Shown in pieces: positions 41,579 to 54,639 of a DNA stretch of 64,000 nt; positions within the stretch are counted from its first letter, which is position 1, and the number at the start of each line of letters is the position of its first letter. A program made the position numbers and the translations under genes. The stretch covers positions 8,060,001 through 8,124,000 of the forward strand of contig CM074518.1 in NCBI GenBank assembly GCA_037379345.1. The letters are read 5' to 3'. Origin of the DNA: Perna viridis (lineage: Eukaryota). The notes beneath the pieces are model-generated. The model saw nothing but the letters and a program-made list of their open reading frames with translations. It had not been told where the DNA came from and made no database searches.

Positions 41579-44500
41579 GAAATAAAATAAGAAATACTTT
41601 TTCAGATTTTTCTAACAAGTATAAACAAACCCTGAAAATTTTCTGTGTATTGAAATAAGTGGGCAACAATGCTGTACTTAAACTGTGCAAGAGTTTCAAA
41701 TAATAAAGTTTCTAAGATCAAGGGTCCTATTCTATTAAGGACAGAAGTCATATCATTCCAAACAGTTCACGATCAAATATAACAATTTCAGATGAACAGA
41801 AGTTCAGACACATCTTATCTTTGAATGGAACAGTCCTTTTTCACTTCAGTGAGTAGAACAAATTTGTCTCTCCCAAAATAAAAAATGCATGAAATTGCAA
41901 CAGGGTTCAAGATATGTTACAATACTGAGGGACTAAAGAGAATTTCTTATAATAACTTGAACATGAATACTTTTTATGATTAACTTCAAGATTTTTACAC
42001 TTAAATTATGCAATATCACAAAAGTAGATAGACATAAATGTTTAATAAAGACAGTGGTATCATAGAGATAACATTGTAAAGAAATATCCCACAATGATAC
42101 AAGTAGCTTTTCTGTACCTTTACTAGTAGAAAATGGTGGGTGTTTCTTCCTAATAGGACAATACTGCAAACAAAACTTGTATCAGTCTCATGATTAATTT
42201 CTCTAGACAAGAAATTGTCCATTTACTACGAAAGACTCAAAAATGACGAACAAAAGTCTCTTTAAATATGATACTTTTGTCGATCTGGGGGCTTTACACA
42301 TATACCTTCAAGAACTTTTATGATTTAATGAATACCAGAAAACATTGTTACAGTGATATACATGTATCTCTCACCATGACAATACTGTTCAATCTCAAGA
42401 TCAATTAAATCGTAGGAGGTGCCATCTTCTGATTGTCCAAATAATAAAATTTATCTTAATTAAAGGAAAAAAATAAAAGACTAATCTAATATCGAATTAC
42501 AAGATATAAAACATATTGGAGGACATATCCATCTTAAGATTCCTTTGTGTAGATTATTTATCTAAGAGTGTTATAGGTATGATCGGTTACCCCATATTTA
42601 CTTGGCCTGTTTTCTCAATAGGAAGATCAACAATCCAATACAATATTCATTGTGTTATAAGATAACCTTTGATGTATGGATTACTTTAAGGTATAATTCT
42701 GAGCTCTTTTTTAACATGACATTTTTTTAACACCTACTAAATCCTATGCGTGGTCATGAAGCGACTCCAAGGCTGGAGTTGATACAACAACACATAGTGA
42801 TATCATCTGTGCCTCGGCATTTACAAAATAATGAGATTAGTCCTTTGTAGTGTCAGTTTTCGCCTTTTACGGAAATTTTGGTCCTGATTTTTACTTTGCG
42901 TTACTCGATTAAATTAAAGCTAATAGGACAATACTTACATTAATGTGTAATTGAACAAGCAAACAAGCAAGACTTGAATTAAACAAGGGGTAATTTTAAA
43001 ATTGACATTGAACCTTGATTTGAACAAGATCCTTTGAACAGATTGCAGGGAAACAAGGTGAAGTTGTTACTATTTGGATCATTATTTTATAGTCTTTGGA
43101 TCTTTGTTGAAGGCCTTTACTAGGCATAAGAGCCTTTTGTTGATTGATCAATTGTAGTTGCTTGACACACAATGTCATTATTTGCCACAAACAGACATTT
43201 TAAATCTGATAAGTTTGTTTAAAAAAATTGGCAATTTAATCATTTGCTGTAATTTTTTAAATTTTTAATTATATATATTCTTTTCTTCAATCATTGTCTA
43301 TTAACAAGATAAAGATCCAATTTTCTTATCTATATTTTATTTTCTTAAATTGTTTGTCCTTTACAATTATCATAATCACAATTGAAATTTTTGCATTAAT
43401 TATCATCAAACACGAAACTTTTACGTTGGTTATCAACTAATTCACACTTTGACAAAAATTTACAATTGACAACAATACTAAACAAAACTAATGTTGTGTA
43501 CAGAAAACAGATATTTTAAATAAGATAGTCTAATTTCACAAAAACTAATTTTTCCCTTTCGTCTCAAAATTTAAATTTTCAAATTGTGTAGATTTTTATT
43601 GCAGATTAAAAGACGTTTCTATTGTCAAAGAAACTATTACAAACAGTTAGAGACAGGATTCTGACATAAAACTTGCATGTCATTTTGTTCCCTATCATAA
43701 AAGTAATTCTTCTGAGATAAAAGAGATTTTAACAATATCCAAAACTAATTTATAATATTGTTGCTCTTAAAAATAGTAATAACTATTCATAACATGTTGA
43801 GTTTGAACTGTATAATTATGAACTGATGGAAAATTGAAAGAGTCCTGTTTGTATCCTTGAAGTACTCTTAGCCAAATAAAAGCCTTTGGGGAATTTTTAT
43901 CTACTTTGCCTTGTTAAGACATTACTTAGCAAAGTAAAACAGCTATTACAATGACAACCTCTGGCCCTTATATTAGAGTCCCATGCAGCTCTTCACATGT
44001 TTTGTAAGCACACAAATTGAAGAAGAGTTACACAAGTATGTTTAAATATTAAGGCATCTGTATCCCTTTCTGTACAGTCTGTCTTCATACAATTCATAAA
44101 CATACATCATAACATCTAGGTATTGTGTTGTATCTTTTCAATGGTATTAGATTTGGTATACTGGGAGCACCAACTTTATGACAGACAGACTGAATACTGG
44201 TACACAAATAATAAATCAATCATGGTACATTTGATAAGGAATTGAAAATAATTCTAACATTTTTGCAGATATAGTGGTTAACAAAATTCTTAGTGATCAA
44301 TCATTATTATTTGATATAAGCAAAATAAAGAAACATTGGATATGTAATTGTGTTTTAGGCAACCAAGACCCTGATCTATTCAAATGATGTATTGTATAAA
44401 GGGTAATTTTTTAGGAGTGCTGATTTTGGCCTATTACAGTGGTCTAAATTATTTCGGAAAAATATTTATTCTGGGCTTCAGTTCTAATAACCATCTACCA

Positions 44501-46229
44501 AAATTAAAAACACCAAAATTTTTTGTAAAATTTTGTCTAAAAATTTTTAATTTTACAACCACTAAAATAACCTCCCATTACCTGTTATTTCTCAGAAGTG
44601 GGACTCTCTCTGACTGTCACATTGGTTACAGTATAGAGTTCCAATGGTTTTATCATGTAATATTCCATAATATGAAATTACATTTTGTGGATTTTATATG
44701 GTATTTTCTATGAGACAGTTCCAGAGACCATTTGATATGATTTTGTTGCTTGTTTGAGACGTAGATCACAGAACTTACTGTAGAGGAGAATTGATCAGGT
44801 AACACAATACAGATCACAGCAGGCTATCATCTATAAAAGAATGAAAGAACAGTTGTGGGCATGCTCACAAATGCCTTAAGAGACCGTCAGCAGCAGAAAA
44901 AAAAATTTCTGTGAAAATCAACCTCATGTGGATACTAACAATAAAGCCTGAAAGACCTTCAACAACAAAATGAAGGCACTAACCAGACAAACAACATAAA
45001 TCCTCTTCCAAAAATAGTGAGTCCTTTAACAGGTTTTAAAAAAAATCTCATCATTTTTAAAAACCATCATATCATCCAAGTTTGAAGGAAATATGACCAA
45101 AAATGATAGCCACTGCATAAGTCTATTCTTTTACCAAAGTCTCCCTTCTGAAAAAGATATTCTTCAACAGATTTTTGTGAAATTCAGTCCCATCCAGGTT
45201 TTCATGAATACCATTTCAATCAAGTACAAAAGAAAACTGAACAAAAATGACGGCAGCTTGACAGACAAAGGGGCAAATAAGTGGATGGATGAACAGACAA
45301 AAAAAAATGATGACCTTCTGCAATTTCCTTGCAAAGGTACAGATAAAGGGATTTGCAAGCTGACAGATAGACAGACTGAAAGCTAAAAACCCTCTCCCCT
45401 ATCAAAACTATGATGGCAGGGCAAACAAAATATTACTAAAACATATTTTACACAAAATTTTCCGATCAGTGTCAGCAGCAAATATAAAAGTGCATATGCC
45501 AAATCAAAGAATTTGAAATGCTGACAATACATAAGCAGGAAGTGTGGCACAAAAAAGCAATCCATTCATTAATTTTCAAAACAAGCAAATTTATCATTCT
45601 CTTATCTTAATTATCTCCCTTGATTAGGTGCTCTACTGACAAGGGAAGATAATATTTTGACAGGACAAGAGATTTCAGGCCAAGAAAAGCTAATAATTTT
45701 GTAATATTGTAAATAAGAGATAATTCTAAAACAGTTTTGTTTTGATTGTGTCAAATGCCAATCTTTATTGTTGGAAAACAATGGAATGGAATAACAGGAA
45801 TTTAATGGTTTTTGTGAGATTTTGTAAGTTAAAATATAATTTGTGTTTAATAGCTAATCATTTGTTACATGTTTCTACCACACACACAGATATTTTGAGA
45901 TTTATACAATGAAGAAACAAAAAGCTGCATGTGACTACAAAATAAAAGGGACTCTAATGCTACATAGCAAAATATTTGTAAACAATTTGATCAATTGTAC
46001 ATTCAAACTTGATCTATATTTTATGATACTCTATAACTATAAAAAGCTTATAAAGATCCTTCATATCTTCTAAAGTTATCATCTGGAATCTGTCGGGATG
46101 GACAGTCAGATATGCAACTTTTCAGAGGGTACCAACTAATACCTTGCCATCTGTGTGATGGGGTTTTAAAAAAATACCCAGCTCAAACCCTTAACTTAGA
46201 ATAATCCAGCTCAACCTATAATTTAAAAC

Positions 46230-47012
46230 CTGAAAAACTGGAGCAATGCTCACTAACTTTATACACCCACTCCCTCATTTTGCACCTTTTGACCTCCATA
46301 TTGATTTGGATCAAAATCTAAAACAGGAGGTGCACAATGAGAAAATATTAAAACAATTCTGTAAAAGTTTCATTCAATTCCATTCAGTTGTATAGGAAGA
46401 GTAGTGAATAAGAGATGGCTTCCTCCATGTCCCGAAATTCACAAAGTCCATGTTTTGCTATGTGAAAATGCCAAATTGATTTTGATCAAAACCTAAAAAA
46501 GGAGGTGTACAATGGGAACATGTAATAAAGATTCTGTTAGGTTTCATTCAATTCCATTCAGTGGTGTAGGAGGAATAACAGATAAGATGTTCCCATATGC
46601 ACAAATGACAAAGTCAATATTTTGCTTTGTGAAACCCATAAATTGATACTAATCAAAATCTTAAATAGGAGGTGCGCAATAGGAACATGTAATAAAGATT
46701 CTGTGAAAGTTTCATTCAACCATTCAGTGGCATGGAAGGAGTCATGGATAAGAGATGGAACCTCATGTCCCCATATGCACAAATGAGAAAGTCAATGTTT
46801 TGCTTTGTGAAACCCTCAAATTGATACAGAACAAAATCTAAAATAAAAGATGAACAATAGGATTATGTAATAAAGATTCTGTGACAGTCTCATTGGATTT
46901 CATTCAGTGGTATAGCAACAGTCATGGATAAGACATCCATCCACCTGTGTAACAACAGGAAGTAGAGAGGGAAGGGTGGACACCCCATCACTTTGCAAGT
47001 AGGGGGTATAAT
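46230..47012. mobile_element. HINE-like element with four ~170-bp internal tandem repeats
   Basis: The aggaggtgcacaatg...gattctgtgaaagtttcattcaattccattcagtgg unit recurs at about 46325, 46500, 46667 and 46846. It ends in a cccc..ctttg..ggggg-tataa stem-loop. Confidence 0.6.
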
Positions 47013-47829
47013 AACAAAGCTCAAACCCTATACTTAAGATTTTCTACTCCTTGCTAACATCAGAAACTATTTATTTTCCTATATGATACCTAGCATGCAA
47101 TTGCAATTTCATAAAATACCTAATCTGGTTTAGAAGGAATTTCACTCAAAAGCTCTTAATAAAAAAATGCCCTTTTAATTGAATTATCCCTTTTTGCTAG
47201 CATCTGGTAGAAAATATTTTATTCCATGTAAATTTTCATGTGTTGTCCAGTCTTCATAAAATGATTCTTCAAAAACCATGGAGAGGTTACAGAGGAACTG
47301 CACTTACAAGGACAGACAGACACAAGGACAGGCAAATGAAAAAAAAACACAGTGAATTGTTAATGCTATCCCAAACTTTGTGACTGAGCTATCAAAGAAA
47401 CCACCAAGACTTGAGTGAAAATCAAAAGATGGTATAGATGAAGGCCTCATAATTTCAGTTTGGTAAAGTGGCTGAAAAGAACTTTATTTTTTGAATTAAG
47501 AACAATTTTGACATCCTCATGCCTCTACAGAAATATGCTAACAAATTAAATAATAATGGCATTATAGCAACAGCTTATAAAGAAATTCAACTACAGTGCA
47601 ATAAAATTGTGTATGCCTCTCTTTGGTACACTGTCTTTAAATAACCTTAAACTAACGTATGACCTTGCCACAGGGCTAAAGGGATAGAATGTTCTACCTG
47701 ATAGTAGTTTTCTACACTGAAACATGAATAAACAGAAAGGATTTGGTATGTTTTGGCAGTTGTTCAGTTTCCACAAGTACAAAATGTAACGAAATATTGA
47801 TTTAAAGGGACTTCAGAAGACATTTTGTT

Positions 47830-48335
47830 AGAACAGGTTTTTGGTTTGTTATGAAAGGTTAATTGTTTATTCATTGTTTCGTTTAGGCAGGAACCTGGTT
47901 TACTCAAGATTTGGTTTAAACAGGTCTCCAGAAAAGCAGAGGAGGCTTACCCTACCAGAGCACCTGGTCCATGCTCCCAGTTGTTAGTGGAGTCTGAGTT
48001 GCTCATATCCTTTTGTTACTTTGTATGTATTATTTTATTAACTTTATGTTCTTTGTTGTGTATGTCTGTTTTCCATGTCTGGTCTTTGTCCCTAGATTAC
48101 ATTCTTTTGATTATCGCTTGAATTTTGGTTCCCTTGATTACTCTTTATTTAAGGTAATGTTAAGACAGTTTAATTGTTTTTCAGGGTTTGATTTAGACAG
48201 GTATCTGGTTTATTCAGGGATAGGTTCAAACTAGTTCCTGGTATTTTGAGGTTTTAGTTCAGACAAATTTATAGATATTCTAGATTGGTTTAGACAGGGT
48301 TTATGGTTTAGTCAGGGTTTGGTTTTGACAGACTA
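47830..48335. repeat. Degenerate (ttcagggtttggtttagacagg)n array, probably MITE-internal, split by a family-A insertion
   Basis: Motif recurs on both sides of 47935-48145. Confidence 0.6.
47935..48145 (+). mobile_element. Dispersed ~210-bp repeat family A, full-length copy
   Basis: agcagaggaggcttaccctaccagagcacctggtcca...gttcccttgattactctt. Same ends as the 62810-63020 copy. Confidence 0.85.
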
Positions 48336-49914
48336 CTCTGTATAATAGAATAATTTTCTACTGTTACATCACAACAGTAACTGACTACTTGTTGCCTAAA
48401 GTCAGGTATGCACCAGTATCCACTCAAGTAAAGTGAAAATGAAAGGAGTTCAAAGACCTCAACACTATCAGATGAAATGTTGACTGGTTTAAAAGGATAC
48501 CAGTTTAAAGTCCTACTGATGAATGTGGCACTGTAAAGAACATTGAGTGCAGGAACGTTCTAACACACCTGAGAATATCAATTTATACAATAAATCATGA
48601 GACAAAACCAATGATGTAAGCAGACCTCAAAAATAAATTTTAATGCACATTAAACCAACCAAACATTTAAAACATCAAAAAAAACAGTATCTTAGTCCGC
48701 ACCTATTAACTTTCAAAACTCCCTTTCGTAAAATGAACAAAGTATTTTAACAAAACCCAACCCTGACAAAACGTTTTTGGATGGTTGGACAATGGATCAC
48801 AAAAGAATCAAAGAAATTGGATTATCATAACCAAAGTATAATTATTTAATGATTCTGCTAGTTCTCATTGTCATGTAGAAGGAGGGTTCAGAGATGGTTC
48901 TAAACACTTGTCACACACAATAGAAAAATGACAATGCATTTTTAATAATAGTAAAAGTATAACATAAACAAATTTCATTAAAGATTGTTTAAGATTAATA
49001 GATTCAAACTTCAAAGGTGTTGACAAAAATAAAATTTAATCAAAATAAAATTACTAAAAAACTATGTGATATCCATTTGTATTCTCCCCGTGTATTATAT
49101 TTGGCAGGCTTTTACATGTTACAGAAAACAACAGTGCTCATCTTAGTAGTCCACAAAAGATTCAAAATCAGTGGAAAAAGAAACTTAATAAATATAGTTA
49201 ATAAAATATGAATTTATTACACCACCCCATGGGCACTCATTCAATGTGATTTGGACCGTGAGTGAATACATAGCGGGATAACAGTAAAATTGAAAATCCA
49301 AAAGTCTTAAAAATCCTAATGGATGTATGAGAGATATGAATAGATGATATAAAACATCTTTATAAATTCTGGCTATTTATACAAGGTCTGATTCCTTCAT
49401 TATATTACTAAATGTCACTTATGAAGCACAACCATTTAAAGTGCAGTTAACTTCCAAAGCCCTTCTCTCACATTATTAACTGAACAATTGTCCACGGCAA
49501 AAAATTAGTGTAAATATAAGAAAAGTTCTCAATTCAGCATTGAAGTTATGAGACTGAGAGATACACATTAGATATGGCTGCAAGTTAGAATTGTATATCT
49601 TGTAAAGGTATATTTTGATCAGGTGTACCCAATTAAATATCACACAAGTTCATTCATGAGTCCAGTTCTAATTCAGTATTGGTTAATTGTTTTAGTTCCA
49701 GTGAACATTATAAGTATTACAGCACCATTTCCACCAGCAAACATATTTTTAAAAATTAATTAGTCACAAGTAAAACCTTATCAAATATTCATAACATTGT
49801 TTTTTTGTAGAGGTGATTTAGAAACTCTGCATATGAATGTATAGTGTGTATTTTGCAGCATCAGTTTCATCTGATTGTAGCAAACCATAACCTGAATACA
49901 CCAATTTCTGCAAC

Positions 49915-50285
49915 ACTACACAACACATAAAATCTAAAACATTCACAACAATCACAACATCCATAACATACATAAAATCTTTAATATTCACAGCATTCAC
50001 AACATCAACAACAAATTAGCAAAATCCACTGTATTAACAACATTCACAGTATTCACAACCTTCACAGCATTCACAACATCAACAACAAATTAGCAAAATC
50101 CACTGTATTAACAACATTCACAGTATTCACAACCTTCACAGCATTCACAACATCAACAACAAATTTACAACATCCAAAACATACACAATATCCATAACAT
50201 TCAAAACATTTACAACATCTACAGTATTCATAACATACATAGCATTCACAACATCCACTGTATCAAAAAATTCACATTTACAGCA
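49915..50285. repeat. AC-rich ~9-bp periodic repeat with a ~74-bp higher-order duplication
   Basis: acaacattc/acagtattc/acagcattc units. The block starting near 49989 recurs near 50063. Confidence 0.8.
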
Positions 50286-51511
50286 TTAAAAAATGTTAAT
50301 CAATCACAATACCTTATTGATTTCTTCATGTTTTAATGCTTTATTTACCCAAGAGGTCCCAGCCTGAACATTAGGGACAAGTATGGACACTATATTTGAT
50401 CTTGGTACACACCCAACAAGACATGTATGATACAAAACAAATGGAGTCATAGAACATAAAAAAAGAAAGTTTAAACCTATATGGTCCAAAATTAAAAAGA
50501 TAAATTCAGCATATCAAAGAACCACAAGCACTCAAATTATGTTGAAATCACACAACGTTAATTTTCAACCCATCGGACCTCAATATGGGCAAGTTTAAAA
50601 CAGGGTCCAACATCCAAAATCTTAATATAAACTAAAATCACTCAGAGCATAGAAACAAACAGATACCCCCAGCACCCCTATGATATATATACACACATAT
50701 ACTTTTTAGAAATTCCATATAATTTAATTCTTCCAGTAAAACTACACATTAAACTTACTCAAATCAGAAGTTTCGTATCAGATGCACAAAAGTGTCATAT
50801 AAGTGTTTGCCAGTAACAGAGTCATTACTGCAAAGTGAAATATTAATTACAAGAAAAGTCATTCAGACAGACAAAGTAGAAGATCTAATAATCATTTCTA
50901 AACATTTTCAAAACAATAGAAGTAGGGTCAAAATGGGAATACCTACCAACTATCTGATTGTAAAGTTCATGTTATGTCAATTGTTCCATGAAATTTATTC
51001 AGATAAAATAGCGAAGTATCAAGTATACAATAGCATTATATAATTATTATTCACTTAGGGATTCATAAAAATCCTTCTAAAAAGTGTAACGGAGGAAGCA
51101 ACAGACTGACGTCTTGATCACTATATACTGCCCCATTTTAAGCGAGGGGTATGTAAATCTAAACACCTACTCAGCTAACAGATCATTCTTTTAAAAAAGC
51201 AACACTTCCAATTTAACGTCATTGAAACTGGTAAGGAAACAAGGAATTCATTCAAAATTTTATAAAATGCCTACATTTATAACTGACCTAATTATGATCC
51301 CTTATTCTTAAATGGAATGGACCATAACTCAAATCAAATTCCATATCTTTCTTCTGCGGTGTGAAACCTTATGGCAAAATGCTATAATTTATGTTATGAA
51401 AACAAAATGCCAACACGCATCAATGATGACAGCACCATCAAGTTTTTTTTTCAAAACTCAAAAATAAATGTAGATAGGACAAATGCCATTGTCATGACAT
51501 GCATCATTAGC

Positions 51512-52083
51512 AAGTATCTGGCTAAGAGCAGTGCAGTTAGAATAAATGTCCTAGTCATGCCATGAGTTATCGCCAAGTACCTGACTAAAAGCAGAGCAGT
51601 TAGAATAAATGTCCTACTCATGCCATGATTTATTGCCAAGTATCTAACTGAAAGCAGAGCAGTTAGAATAAATGTCTGAGTAATGCCATGCGTTATCGCC
51701 AAGTATCTGACTAAAAGCAGAGCAGTTAGAATAAATGTCCTAGTCATGCCATGAGTTATCGCCAAGTACCTGACTAAAAGCAGAGCAGTTAGAATAAATG
51801 TCCTACTCATGCCATGATTTATTGCCAAGTATCTAACTGAAAGCAGAGCAGTTAGAATAAATGTCTGAGTAATGCCATGCGTTATCGCCAAGTATCTGAC
51901 TAAAAGCAGAGCAGTTAGAATAAACGTCCTAGTCATGCCATGCGTTATCGCCAAGTATCTGACTAAAAGCAGAGCAGTTAGAATAAATGTCCTAGTAATG
52001 CCATGAGTTATTGCCAAGTATCTGACTAAAAGCAGAGCAGTTAGAATAAATGTCCTAGTTATAGCATGCATGATCAGCAAGTA
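51512..52083. repeat. 63-bp minisatellite (about 9 copies) with a duplicated 189-bp trimer
   Basis: Unit aagtatctgactaaaagcagagcagttagaataaatgtcctagtcatgccatgagttatcgcc, giving the 21-aa period in ORF 51451-52080. Confidence 0.95.
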
Positions 52084-52604
52084 TATGTGAATTGACTTAA
52101 ATCAATGATTTTATCCTAAATTCTACATTCAGGCTACTGATATGTGACTTAAGCCTGTTATCATGTAATTTTTTGAGTGGAAGGTTAGTAATTTAAGGGC
52201 AACTTTTATCACAAAGCTATCATTTGTGTTTTTCCAGGGAATTTTTTTTATCACAAAACATTACAAAAAACCTATTTGGCATGAGGAAGAATAGACCTAT
52301 AAAGATTATATATTTATACATACATGCATATGAAACATTAATTTAACTTAAGGACAAGTTTTTTCTATTGTCACCAAGTTTAAAGAGCTAATAAGTACCT
52401 ATAGAATCTTGATATCTCCATAGAAGTCATGCTTTTAAAATTCTATGACAATAAAACACACCATAAATAAAGTTTTAATTTCTACTTTACAATTCATATT
52501 GTTCATTTCTTTCTACAAGAGAAAGGGTAATCTGATTAACAATTTTATAGCCTGTCATAAAATGCATCTCAATCAACTGGCTGATAGACATGGCAAACAA
52601 TGCA

Positions 52605-53473
52605 AAATATACCAAGGGTAAACACAGGACACAATGTACCTAGGATAGACACAGGCACACAATATACCCAGGGATGATCAGGGCAAAATTAAACCCTCGG
52701 GTAAATCCTGGGCACAATGTATATAGGGTAGACACAGGGCACACAATATACCCAGGGAGGATCAGGGCAAAGTTAAACCCTCGGTAAATCCAGGGCCCAA
52801 TGTATATAGGGTAGACACAGGGCACACAATATACACAGGGAGGATCAGGGCAAAGTTAAACCCTTGGGTAAATCCAGGGCACAATGTATATAGGGTAGAC
52901 ACAGGGCACACAATATACACAGGGAGGATCAGGGCAAAGTTAAACCCTCGGGTAAATCCAGGGCACAATGTACATAGCGTAGACACAGGGCACACAATAT
53001 AACCAGGGAGGATCAGGGCAAAGTTAAACCCTCGGGTAAATCCAGGGCACAATGTATATAGGGTAGACACAGGGCACACAATATACCCAGGGAGGATCAG
53101 GGCAAAGTTAAACCCTCGGGTAAATCCTGGGCACAATGTATATAGGGTAGACACAGGGCACACAATATACTCAGGGAGAATCAGGGTACAAGTTAAACCC
53201 TCGGTTAAATCCAGGGCACAATGTATATAGGGTAGACACACTATATAACACAACATACCAGGGGTAAACACAGGAGAACAATGTATATAGGAAAGACACA
53301 GCAGAAAATACCAAGGGTAAACACAAAACACAATGTACATAGGGTAGACACAGGACACAATATACCAAGGCTAGACACAGGGCACCATATACTGAGGATA
53401 CACACAGAGGCACAATATACCACAGGTAAACACAGAATAAAATGTAAAAAGGGTAGACACAGGACACAGTATA
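52605..53473. repeat. ~28-bp satellite family with 84-bp higher-order units (left of the transposon)
   Basis: gggtagacacagggcacacaatatacccagggaggatcagggcaaagttaaaccctcgggtaaatccagggcacaatgtatata repeated about 7 times, then diverged monomers. Confidence 0.93.
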
Positions 53474-53944
53474 GGCTAAAAACCACTAATTCAGTTTCCC
53501 ATTGCTCCCTATGTTAAATTGACCATTTTCAAAGGCTTCTCAAATATTTACCTTAACTTTAACCTGCTCATAACCATATATCACCTGAAACCTACATGTA
53601 TCAGGGTATCTCAGTCAAGAGGAAACAAGGGGTTAGCAGACTTGCAGTGAAGCACTGTCATTCGGAACTCACCCACCCCTAAAAATAGTAACTGGAATTC
53701 TCAATTTTCTTTATTTAGCCACTCTTTGTTTACATTTCAAAAAAATAACTTATATCTATCAAAAGTAGGCAAATTTGGGCTCAAAATGATCAAAATGAAT
53801 TTATCTTTCAGCAGAAGTTCCATTTATGTAAAAATGATTCCTAGATTTTGTATAATAGCATGACAAAGGGACTATTTTTTTGTTTGCGTAGGACTTTTTT
53901 TGCGTACGTTCCAAAGTTGATGATGCAATTGGTGGTCTGTAACC
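53474..53944 (+). repeat. Left long terminal direct repeat (LTDR1), 471 bp, with its own imperfect 18-bp TIRs
   Basis: Identical to 57168-57638 except A53830 vs G57524. Starts GGCTAAAAACCACTAATT and ends AATTGGTGGTCTGTAACC (reverse complement GGTTACAGACCACCAATT, 14/18 match). Followed by TAAA. Confidence 0.97.
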
Positions 53945-54639
53945 TAAAGAACACCTTTTCTGCTTTCAAACTTGTTTTTATTGCATCTACCACATAGTAC
54001 GGAACTTGCGATATGAAATTTCAAGTTTTAAAAATTTTCGTTAAGGATTTTTCGAAAAATGGCTCAAAATATGAAGGTACCTTATATTGGCCTGAACAGT
54101 AATTTTACAGTGAAAATAGTCATATGTGGTAGGGTTCATTACATCCCATTTTTGAACTGAAAATGGCTTTTTACTCATTTTTTTTGCAATTTAGACTGTT
54201 CAGTATATATTAAAGTTGTAATTAACATCTTGTTTTTGACCATAGCAAAATTTAAATTCTGTAAAATTTAATTAAAATTTGAAAATTAACTAATTTTTTT
54301 CCAAAATTTTATGTTTTTGGCATAAATTAAATGCTTTTTGGATAAAAAATATTGAAAATAAGGATAAAATATGAAATTTCATTATCTTTTAAATAATTTA
54401 AAACCCAGGTAGATAATATATTCCTTATAACATGCCCCCAAGAGATTTCTAATCAGATACCCATATAAATGGCATTTTATGGCTTTCACAGGGGGGGATG
54501 CCAGGTGTGGTCTGCAATTTGAAATAATTATAAATTTCCTGTTTAATTAGCAGTTATTTAATACACAGAGTAGTTGTTCTTGTATTTCATGCCAAAAAAT
54601 TTCATTTAAAAGCAGTTTTAGTAAGAGTGAAGGCAGGAA

